A stretch of 19,055 nucleotides of DNA, taken from positions 1 through 19,055 of the forward strand of contig JBHGNT010000618.1 of assembly GCA_043228905.1 (NCBI GenBank). The letters run 5' to 3'. The position numbers were made by a program, and so were the translations under genes. The stretch's first letter is position 1; each line of letters begins with the position of its first letter. The DNA is from Azolla caroliniana. Lineage: Eukaryota; Plantae; Polypodiophyta. Shown here one piece after another: positions 10,284 through 19,055 of the stretch. The notes below the pieces were generated by a model. The model saw nothing but the letters and a program-made list of their open reading frames with translations, had not been told where the DNA came from and did no database searches.

Positions 10284-10535
10284 TGTACTTTTATAATTTC
10301 TTCTATTTACAAATACGTCTCTTCATCCGGTTCTCACCAGTTCTCCTTATTGGTCCTCTTCGTCCGTTTCTCACCGACTCTCACCGGCCTTCTTCATCCC
10401 GCTCTTGCCGGTCTGCTTCGTCCCATCCGGAGGGATCAAAAATGCAATTTTCTCAGAGTGTGCGATTTACACTACGACACTCGCCCCCTCCAAACCCACA
10501 CATCCTTCGGTATGTGCCGTAGTTCCCGATGCTCA

Positions 10536-11987
10536 TTATTCACCTTCATCCGTAACACTCTCCGATTCTCCCCTTATGTCGACTACGAGTTGAAGTCCAC
10601 TTTCTTCGCTTTTCGCATCACCGCACTCTTTGTCCAGTTGCTCCTCGTTGTCGGTCTTGTCTATGGTTACATAGGGTTCGTCGTCAGTCCGCTTCTTGAA
10701 TATCTTTACCCGTTTCCCCGCTATAGGCACTCGTAGTATCGTTCCATCCAACTCACATAGTCAGTAAGTTCCATTGTCGAAAACTGTCCGAACCTCGTAT
10801 GGCCCCAACCACCTTTTCACAAACCACCTTTTCGCAAACTTTTGTATCGTTTTGTGTTGATGATTGAAACTACTGTCATAGACAATCACCCAATCTCCTT
10901 CTTCAATCTTCCGTGGTCGTAATCGGTGGTTTGTGTCGAACTGGCGTTTGTTACGGAATCACGCTTCTTGTTGTCGGTGTGTTGCTTCCGCTATGTCTTC
11001 CGGTCTTCCCTATAGTTGTCGTATCCGGACCGTTAGTAGTTCTTCCCGGCTCATCTCTTCCTTCCACGGTAGCATTCTCCATGTCGCGATCGCGGTTTCC
11101 GTCGGCATTACCGGTGGTTGTCCGGTCATAAGTTTTGTTGGCCTATAACCGGTTACGGAGCTATGCGTCGTCCGATCCACCCATAGTGCATACGGGAGCA
11201 TCTGCGGCCAATCTTTCACCCTTCTGTCGCATGCTTTAGCAAGTGCTTTGACGATCGGACTATGTCCTCGTTCGATTTTCCTGTTGGCCTCCGGATTGTA
11301 TGCCGTTGTTAGTGTTAACCAAACTCCATGTTTGGTGAAGAGTTCCCTAGCTTTATCAGAGTCAAGTTCTCCCTGATCCGCAATCACTTGTCCTACGCAC
11401 CAGTACCTGCAAAACACCTCCTCCAAAAGAAATTGGCATACCACAGAACCCGTTTTCCTTCGTAACGCCCTTTGTGAGATCTTCCCGAGCTAGCACCAAG
11501 TACTTCTTTTTTCTGATCCTGGTTGGCATGGCTACAATGTCGACCATCCATTTGAAGTTGATTGTCGGTGAGAATGTTGGATGTAACTCATCTCGATGTC
11601 GAACTCCGGAGTAGATTTGACACTTCTCGCAGCTTTCCATGAACTCCGCTATATCTTTGTACATATTCTTCCACCAATATTTTTGTTTGATTTTCACAAA
11701 AGTTGCCCATGTCCCTCAATGTCCAGCCCAATCGGATTCGTGAAACTCGGACATTATCCGGTTTCATTGCTCTTTTGTCCCGACTACCCGAAGTGGTATG
11801 CCATCCGGTCTTTTCGGCTCCCTCCATATTAATCCATTTTTCAAGAAGAACTTTTGGACTTGCCTCTTCTTCCTTCGGATCTCAGCTCTCTTCTCTTTAT
11901 CGTCCGTTGATTCCTCAATCTCTTGTAGCACCTTCCCGATCATCAAGATTTCTCCTTCGTATTCTTCTTCTCGGAATTCTCGGATTA
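10536..11987 (-). pseudogene. Gypsy B integrase region (zinc finger, core, GPY), multiply disrupted
   Basis: YWWKNMYKDIAEFMESCEKCQ, KWMVDIVAMP, VIADQGELD, TTAYNPEANRKIERGH, GPYEV and LDGTILRVPIAGKRVKIF. Confidence 0.9.
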
Positions 11988-11992
11988 CATTT

Positions 11993-12372
11993 TGTTGAGC
12001 AACAAGCTCAACCGGATCGGCATCCAGAAGGATGAGCTGGTGAGCAAGTGAGCCGGTGAGCTGGGGAGCCAGTTAGCTGGATCAAGCAGTAACCGGAAGC
12101 CAAGTAGCAGCTAGTCTACTAGGGAGTTAATATCTCGTAGTTAGTGTCAAACGCTCGTGTGAGCATTGAAGTACACAATACTTCTGTCAGTCCGTATGGA
12201 CTTGTATAAAAGTGCTCACTGAGCACATCCTATGTACAGACTCAGTAGTATTTTTTATTTGAGTTTCTGTGTGCTCTCTCTCTCTATCTCTCCGGAGTAC
12301 TGTTAAGCTCTCCATTAAACCTGTTCCCTGTTTTTTGTTTTCTATTGCTTTCGCACGCTATTTGTTTCTACA
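11993..12372 (+). repeat. 5' LTR of copia D (380 bp)
   Basis: TGTTGAGC...TTCTACA; aligns with 17325-17694. Confidence 0.97.
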
Positions 12373-12384
12373 TGGTATCAGAGC
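12373..12384 (+). other. Primer-binding site (tRNA-iMet) of copia D
   Basis: TGGTATCAGAGC directly after the 5' LTR. Confidence 0.95.
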
Positions 12385-12466
12385 GAGAGGGTTGAGAACC
12401 TCTGCAACCGACATTCGCTTTCGCAAGAAGAAAACCTAACCTTTGTAAAGAACAAATAAAAAACAA

Positions 12467-15400
12467 ATGGATAGAGGAATGCCTAGCTCGCTTCCGGTGG
12501 AGAAGCTCGATAGATCCAACTACGCACCTTGGTCATACAAGGTGCATCAATACATACTTGGGCATGGTTACTGGAGCTATGTCGACGGAGCTAACGACAC
12601 AACACCTGATGCGGCACACAAGGACTTCCCGATGTGGGAACAATCAGCAAGTAGAGTGATGTACTGCTTTGCGTCCAGTGTCGGAGACCAGCTGCTGAGC
12701 CACATCCGAGATGCCAAGACGCCGAAACAGGCTTGGGGAAACCTGAAGAAGGTGTTCGCCACAAGCACTACAGCCCGAAAGCTGCAACTCCGAAAGGAGT
12801 TGAGCAATGTACGACAGAAGGACATGTCGGTGGCTGATTACACGGCGCGAATCAAAGAGATCTGTGACTCGCTTGCCTCTATCAACGTCACTATAGAGGA
12901 AGACGAGATGGTACAGGTCTGTCTTAGGGCTTGGCGTCTAAGTTCTGAGCTTTCCGGACAATAATATGTACGAGGGAGAATACACCATGATTTTTTGACT
13001 TACAATCGATGCTCCTTGTAGAGGAGAACCACGCCGGTGCATCAACAAGTGCACCCACCGACAGCCGGATGCTGTACAGGGAGGCGGATCGGCCCCGTGG
13101 GCGTGGTGGACGAGGCGGGTTGGCATGCAATGGACGCGGCCGGCAAGGGCAAGACCGACGGCACAGAGACCGTGCCAATAGCAGTTCCGGGACCTCCACA
13201 ACCACGGGGAGTCAAGGTGGCGCTGGAGGCCGGCAAAACAAATCCACCACGGAATGCTGGTACTGTGGTAAAAAGGGCCATAGAGAAAGTGAGTGCTAGA
13301 AGAAACACGCCGAGTCGGACGAATCCGGATTCGGTAGAGAGAACCGGCAATACTCGCACTACGCAGAAGGATCGGGAGGATCCAAAACCGGAAAAGCCGG
13401 TAAAGGGCCAGCCTTGGTGATGAAACACGTGGCTAACTCGATGAAGAAAACCACTTCCAAATCGGAGGAAGTGTGGTACGTTGATTCCGGTTCATCAAAT
13501 CACATGACGAACCATAAAGAGTGGTTCTCCTTCCTGGAGAAACCGGAACAACCGGGAGTTGTCGAAACTGGAGACGACACTCACCCAATCGTGCATATTG
13601 GTGAAGTCCCTTGGAGCCACGTCGGACAGAGGGGGAAGCTGATGAACATATTACGCGTTCTGACTATCACGAAGAACCTGGTGTCGGTCGGACAAATCGT
13701 CAACCAGGGAATGCAGGTGCGGTTTACGCACCTCAGGTGCTTCATCGAGGAGGGCCAGATTATTGCGCAAGGGCGCAGAGACGGGAGGATGTTCATCCTC
13801 GACACCAATGACGTCGGCACAGCTTTGTTCGCCAAAGGACAGAAGATTGAATCGAACATCGATCTCTGGTAGAAGCGGATCGGCCACGTCAATTACCGGA
13901 GGCTTCAAGACCTACAAATGAAACAAGTTGTTTTCGGTTTGCCAAAGTTTAGTGGCCGGAAGGCCCAAGTATGTGAAGCCTGCAAACTCGGGAAGCAACA
14001 CCGGCTTCCATTCCCCACCGAACGAAACCGTAGCCGTAACAAGCTCGACCTTATTCATTTGGATGTATGGGGACCGACACAGAACGCGAGTCTTGGCGGG
14101 AGTCGATACTTCGTCTCCTTCATCGATGACTATAGCTGACACACATGGATCTACCTCATTGAGTGGAAGAACGAAGTCTTCGACTGTTTCCAGAACCTCC
14201 AAAGCATGGTGGAGCGGGAATTGGAGACGAAGATCAAGTGCCTACAGTTAGATGGCGGAAAAGAATATTTTTCCGGCTAATTCTACAGTTCTCTGCAGTA
14301 AACAGGAATTCGGAGAGAGTTCAACTAAAGATACACACCGGAGCAAAACGGTGTGGCCGAAAGGAAGAACCAATCACTTGTCGACGCGGCAATGGCAATG
14401 CTGGAAGAGAAGAGCATGCCCCATTTCTACTAGGCGGAGGTGGTCCGGACGGCCGTCTACATCCAAAACCGGATCGATGACAAGGTGTCCGCGCATGAGT
14501 TGTATTTCGGGTGCAAGCCGAACTTGAGACACCTTCGGATTTTCGGCAGCATAGCATATGTGCATGTGCCGGATGAGAAGCGGAGGAAGCTGGATGCAAA
14601 ATCGGAGAAGTGCATCCTCCCCGGCTACTCACATGAGCAAAAGGGGTATAAGAGTTATAACCCCCGGACGAAGCAGGTCCGAGTTAGCTGCGATGTTGAG
14701 TTTGATGAGACGGCATCATGGTATGCCTTACCGGCTTCGACTTCCGACCTCGACCCGATACCGGAGGATGAGGCTAGTGAGCCTGAACCGGTCTAGATAG
14801 AAGATGATGAATCCGGGCCTCAAGAAAAGAGTCCGGAATCGTTTCGGTTGAGTGGGCCGAATGAGAGACTGGGTCAATACGACCAGTCAGAAGAGGAACC
14901 GACGAGTAGTGAAGACGGTTCACGCGCAAGGAACCGAGGAGACGGTTCACGTGCAAAGAGAAGGGGAAGAAGAAGATGTCGGATTATGAAACCGGTAATG
15001 ATGAGTCGGATCAGAGTTGATCCGACTCCGGAAAGAAAAATGACGGTTCTTCGGCATCGAAGACCGAACCGGCCAAGAAGGGCCTCAAACCGGGTAATAG
15101 TGGGTTACGTTGGTCAACCCGCAAGAAGGAACTTGTTAAGCGGTACGGGTACAATGAGTACATGGCGCATCACTATGCGTACATGACCAAGGTGGCGGAA
15201 GTGCGTGAGCCGGAGAGCTACACAGAAGCGGCAAGGGATGCAAATTGGCGTGTCACTATGGAGGAAGAGATGCGGGCACTTGATGCCAATGAGACATGGG
15301 ACTTGGTTGACCCTCCCCGTCACTGTAAACCGATCGGATGCAAGTGGGTGTATAAGGTAAAGTACAACGCCGACGGTTCAGTTAACCGGTACAAGGCCCG

Positions 15401-17037
15401 GTTAGTGGCGAAGGGATACGCACAAACCCACGGAATCGACTACGATGAGACCTTCGCTCCGGTAGTGAAGATGACGACGGTCCGTGTGGTGGTGGCGGTT
15501 GCTGCGGCAAGGGAGTGGCATCTTCACCAGATGGACGTGACGAATGCATTTCTTCAAGGCGATCTAGAAGAAGAGGTCTTTATGACCCAACCTCCCGGTT
15601 TTCAGTCGGAACTAAACAAGTCGGCTGTATGCCGGCTGAAGAAGTCACTTTATGGCCTGAAGCAAGCCCCCCGAGCTTGGAATGTGAAGATTACACACCG
15701 GTTACGTAAGTTGGGGTTTGCAGCCTCCAAGTCCAACTCTTCGTTGTTCATCCGACAAGGTCCGGACGGTCCGGTTTGCATCTTGTTGTATGTTGATGAT
15801 GTAGTCATCACCGGGCCCGGACTCGATGAAATCCGCCAAGTCAAGTCCCAGCTGTCAGACGCATTTGAGATGAAGGACCTGGGGGACCTTCCCGATTTCC
15901 TTGGGATTGAGGTGATCCGAACCCCCGACGACATATTGCTCTCACAAAGACACTATGTGTTCAATATACTGTACAAGTTCGGCATGACAGAATGCCGATC
16001 TGTCTCTACACCCTTGGACCAGAAACAGAAGCTATGTCCCAACTTCAGACTGGCCTGCGATGAGAAACGGTTCTGCAATTTGTCGGAAGCCTTATATATT
16101 TGACCATCACCCGACCCGACATCAACTATCCGGTCGGTGTGATTAGCCAATTCATGCAGAAGCCGACCGTAGAGCATCTTCAGTGCGCGCACTGAATACT
16201 GCAATATATGAGCGGTACGAAGGACCGGGGACTGTTATACCGGCGAGGTATGACCGAAGAGCTAGTCGGCTACACGGATGTCGTATGGGCCGGCGATGCA
16301 TCAGATCGTCGTTCAACTTCCGGCTATATGTTTTCCCTCGGTAGCGCGGTTGTTGCATGGAGCAGCAAAAAGCAGCCAACAGTGGCTCTGTCGAGCACCG
16401 AGGCTGAGTATCGGGGCGCGACCGTTGCCACCTGTGAAGCCATTTGGCTTCAACAACTGCTGCAAGACCTGCGGATCGAGGTGTCGACCCCAATCCTGAT
16501 CTACTGCGACAACATAAGCAGCATGCAGCTCGCCAAGAACCCCGTATTCCATGCTCGCACAAAGCACATCAAAGTGCACTACCACTTCGTGCGTGAGCAT
16601 GTCCTGAGCGGTGAAGTCGAACTTTGGTATGTTCATATGGATCGGCATGTTGCTGACATCTTCACCAAACCGCTCGGATCAGACAAGTTGCAACACTTCA
16701 TCTCGACGTGCCACACTTGAGGGGGAGAACGTGCAAAGACACCGGAACGGGCAAAGACAAGGAGAATGCCGATTGCGCCAGTGAGGGAAGAACCGATAAA
16801 GGGAGAGACAAGAAGAAGAAAGGAGCCGAGTCAACAAAGGAATTTGACACATCCGAACAAGTCAGAACAAACAGCAACGGAGGCAGAGTCAAGAAGGACA
16901 GAGCCGACTGGAAGAAGAAGGCCAAGACCCGGACATGGTCCGATATTGTGAAGGGTTTGGAACCGGAAGACGAATCGGGAGCAACCGATTCGGACAAGAG
17001 CGGGAACGAATCAGAGACAGCCGATTTGGTTCTATAG
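12467..17037 (+). pseudogene. Copia D gag-pol polyprotein with many stops and frameshifts
   Basis: Gag EKLDRSNYAPW; zinc knuckle CWYCGKKGHRESEC; protease WYVDSGSSNHMT; integrase IHLDVWGP / FIDDYS; RT YKARLVAKGY, QMDVTNAFLQG, LYVDD; RNase H SSTEAEY, YCDN, ARTKHI, ADIFTKPL. Confidence 0.96.
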
Positions 17038-17312
17038 AAGGATTCAGAAGAACCGGATCAATTCAAGGTCAGGAGGACGAGAAGGCACCAAAAGTTGACG
17101 CCAACACGAAGGGATCGGCGAATCGGCAAAAGCCAAAGTCACAACAGTGAGGGAGCTGAATTGGAAGTCGACCAAGGAAGTCGAGGTGCGCAGGAACAGA
17201 AGGGTCACGACAAACGGGACCGGACCGGACGAGGAGGAGTGACGCCAGAAGGAGCCAGGTAGAAGGGCTGGGTGCCATGGAGACTGACACTATGATCCGA
17301 CCTCAAGTTGAG

Positions 17313-17324
17313 CTTGAGGGGGAG
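17313..17324 (+). other. Polypurine tract of copia D
   Basis: CTTGAGGGGGAG abutting the TG of the 3' LTR. Confidence 0.9.
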
Positions 17325-17694
17325 TGTGGAGCAGCAAGCTCAACCGGATCCGGATCGGCATCCAAAAGGATGAGCCAGTGAGCTCGGGAGTCGGTTAGCT
17401 GGATCAAGCAGTAACTGGAAGCCAAGTAGCACCTAGTCTACTAGGGAGTTAATATCTCGTAGTTAGTGTGAGACACTCGTGTGAGCATTGAAGTACACAG
17501 TACTTCTGTCAGTCCATATGGACTTGTATAAAAGTTCTCACTGACAACATCCTATGTACAGACTGAATAGTATTTTTGAATTGAGTTTCTGTGTGCTCTC
17601 TCTCTTTGTCTCTCCGGCGTACTATTAAGCTCTCCATTAAACCTGTTCTCTGTTTTTTGTTTTCTATTGCTTCCGCACGCTATTTGTTTCTACG
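17325..17694 (+). repeat. 3' LTR of copia D (370 bp; terminal CA changed to CG)
   Basis: Aligns to the 5' LTR with roughly 28 substitutions, one 6-bp indel and one 16-bp indel (hand count). Confidence 0.97.
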
Positions 17695-17699
17695 CATTT

Positions 17700-18484
17700 A
17701 CTCAGCATATGTGCTCTAAAGCAAAGTAGTCTTCAGAAACTTCTTCATTATCGGATTTGGCTATGTCATCTCCGGAATGCAATCTCGAAGCACCTTGTTC
17801 ATCGCGTTCATCATATGTGCAACTGAGTTTGTCGCTCCTTATGGTAGTGTGCACATTTGGACTAATCCTATCTGTGTTTGCATGGTAGTGATGTCTCGGC
17901 TCTCCACGGCTAGTTGGAATTGGTCATACCCCGAGTATAGGTCTCTGATGGAGTATATCGCATGACCGGCAAATGCTTCCGCAAATTCGTCCACTATTGG
18001 ACTAACTCCGGAGTTCCGGATCGTGACCTTGTTCACCTGTTGCAAGTCTTCTATAAATCGGAGTGACCCATTCTTCTTCGGAACCGTAAACCATCGATTT
18101 GAGTATGGAGCGTTTGATAGCTCTAGAATCCCCATCGCCACCTTCTCTTTGAGCAAGTCGATGATTTTGGGAATATGCACCCACGGCACCGGAATCGGCT
18201 TCAGGTTTTCACGGCACATGGTCAATCGTGAAGATCACCATCGGCTCCACTATCTTCATATCAACGCACCCTATCTCCTTCAATATGAATGCAAATGCTT
18301 TCCCATGTTGTTCCAACATCCCATGAAATCGTTCTTCTTCATTTTGTAAAAGGAAACCACCTCCCCTGATCTAAAGTTTCTTCGGGGTCTCATCTGTGAA
18401 GGCATGTCCGATATCCACGGACATCCGAAGTGTTGGATCTCCCGAGACTTCTTTCCTCTTTTGCTCACTATTGGCGGGTAACGG
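17700..18484 (-). pseudogene. Gypsy B reverse transcriptase, N-terminal half
   Basis: HGKAFAF..KEIGCVD, NLKPIPVP, SNAPYSNRWFTVPKKNGSLRFI.DLQ.VNKVTIR, DLYSGYDQFQL, TLP*GATNSVAHM. Confidence 0.9.
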
Positions 18485-18590
18485 TGTCGTGACGATTTTC
18501 GGCTACGGTGTGAAACCGAGTGAGACGAATAAACCAAGGATGTGCAACATTGCACATGCACTTAGCAAATAAACCTAGCCTAGTGGCACT
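18485..18590 (-). mobile_element. Probable 3' end (U5) of an LTR related to gypsy B, abutting the B pol region
   Basis: Minus strand ends CCGTAGCCGAAAATCGTCACGACA, resembling the B LTR end CCGGAGCCGAAAGGCACGACA. Pol coding sequence follows with no PBS. The boundary near 18590 is approximate. Confidence 0.55.
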
Positions 18591-19055
18591 TGAGTTCATA
18601 CAGAGGGGTGCAAGCAAGGATTGAACCTTGCACCTCTAACATACAAGATAATTGCCTTACCACTAGGACAACTATCATATAGTGTAGATTATATGTATTT
18701 CCTTTTCATATACAAATTATAGACGAAACAACCATAGAAAACCATGTGCACAAAACCATGGTTTTAAACCCATGGTTTGTGCATGACATAAGCAAAACCG
18801 TGTGCACAAAACCATGGTTTTAGCCCATGGTTATGTGCATGTCACGAGCATGGAAAGACCTATAAAAGCCTCTAGTTGGGCTTGTGTAAGGGGGGCTCAA
18901 TATGTGATATCACCAACACCATTATCATCAATATAATATTTGTCTTTATCTTCTTCATATTTTTCTACTTCTCAAGTGTACAATTTTTCTTCTTCTCAAG
19001 TAAACCATTTTCATTTAATCTTACATTGATCGTCATCTAGCGTCGATAATTCCGC
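18591..19055 (+). mobile_element. Probable LTR (LTR4), related to LTR3 in its head, running off the window
   Basis: tRNA-like head, palindromic 56-bp repeats, TATAAAAG at 18861 and a pyrimidine-rich tail. Start coordinate approximate. Confidence 0.6.
18614..18670 (-). other. tRNA-like module 4 (Pol III A/B box) at the start of LTR4
   Basis: Minus strand TGTCCTAGTGGTAAGGC...GCAAGGTTCAATCCTTGC; A-to-B offset 43 nt; 6-bp GCAAGG/CCTTGC stem. Confidence 0.75.

Larger units (their letters stand above)
9545..10479 (-). repeat. 3' LTR of gypsy B, interrupted by LTR3
   Basis: Starts TGTCGTAG after the PPT and ends GCCGAAAGGCACGACA at 9545, where the integrase of element A resumes. 6-bp inverted termini. 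Confidence 0.7.
11993..17694 (+). mobile_element. Full-length but inactivated Ty1/copia retrotransposon D with 5-bp TSD CATTT
   Basis: Two similar LTRs; TSD CATTT at 11988-11992 and 17695-17699; PBS and PPT present; domain order gag-PR-IN-RT-RH. Confidence 0.97.
9545..18484 (-). mobile_element. Ty3/gypsy-type retrotransposon B (no chromodomain), degenerate, split by copia D and LTR3
   Basis: On the minus strand RT precedes integrase. The pol frame rejoins across the copia D TSD (EDYFALEHIC*VN|VIREFREEEY). PPT GGAGGGGGCGAG at 10480-10491; LTR termini TGTCGT...ACGACA. Confidence 0.85.

Noticed and set aside
10265-11148. Plus-strand hydrophobic ORFs (e.g. 10272..10736) as an env-like or antisense gene
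   Set aside because: They are shadows of the purine-rich minus-strand pol tail and LTR, and cross element boundaries.
18485-18590. Treating this LTR end as the 5' LTR of gypsy B
   Set aside because: No PBS, gag or protease lies between it and pol; a separate insertion is more likely, although a deletion starting exactly at the LTR edge cannot be excluded.
6551-18670. Calling the four tRNA-like modules functional tRNA genes
   Set aside because: I could not find convincing acceptor or anticodon stems; they are diverged and embedded in LTRs.

Overview
Land-plant nuclear DNA, probably from a seed-free plant such as a fern (inferred from the retroelement types). The AT-rich left third carries one intronless DREB-type (group III/A-4, TINY-like) AP2/ERF gene on the minus strand. 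Its 5' end has been triplicated as a ~297-bp tandem unit, which adds a ~199-aa in-frame N-terminal extension. An old LINE endonuclease remnant follows. From ~6.5 kb to the end is a deeply nested, degenerate LTR-retrotransposon cluster. An LTR fragment is interrupted by Ty1/copia C (5' LTR, PBS, gag-protease). C is interrupted by the 3' end of chromodomain-bearing Ty3/gypsy A, and A by chromodomain-less Ty3/gypsy B. B contains a full-length copia D (11993-17694, TSD CATTT) and further LTRs. The most unusual signal is that four LTRs of two families each begin with an antisense tRNA-like module, with Pol III A and B boxes 43-44 nt apart. One of these lies directly after a polypurine tract, so it is part of the LTR itself. 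One of the LTRs also carries three repeated hairpins with compensatory substitutions. All alignments and counts were done by eye.
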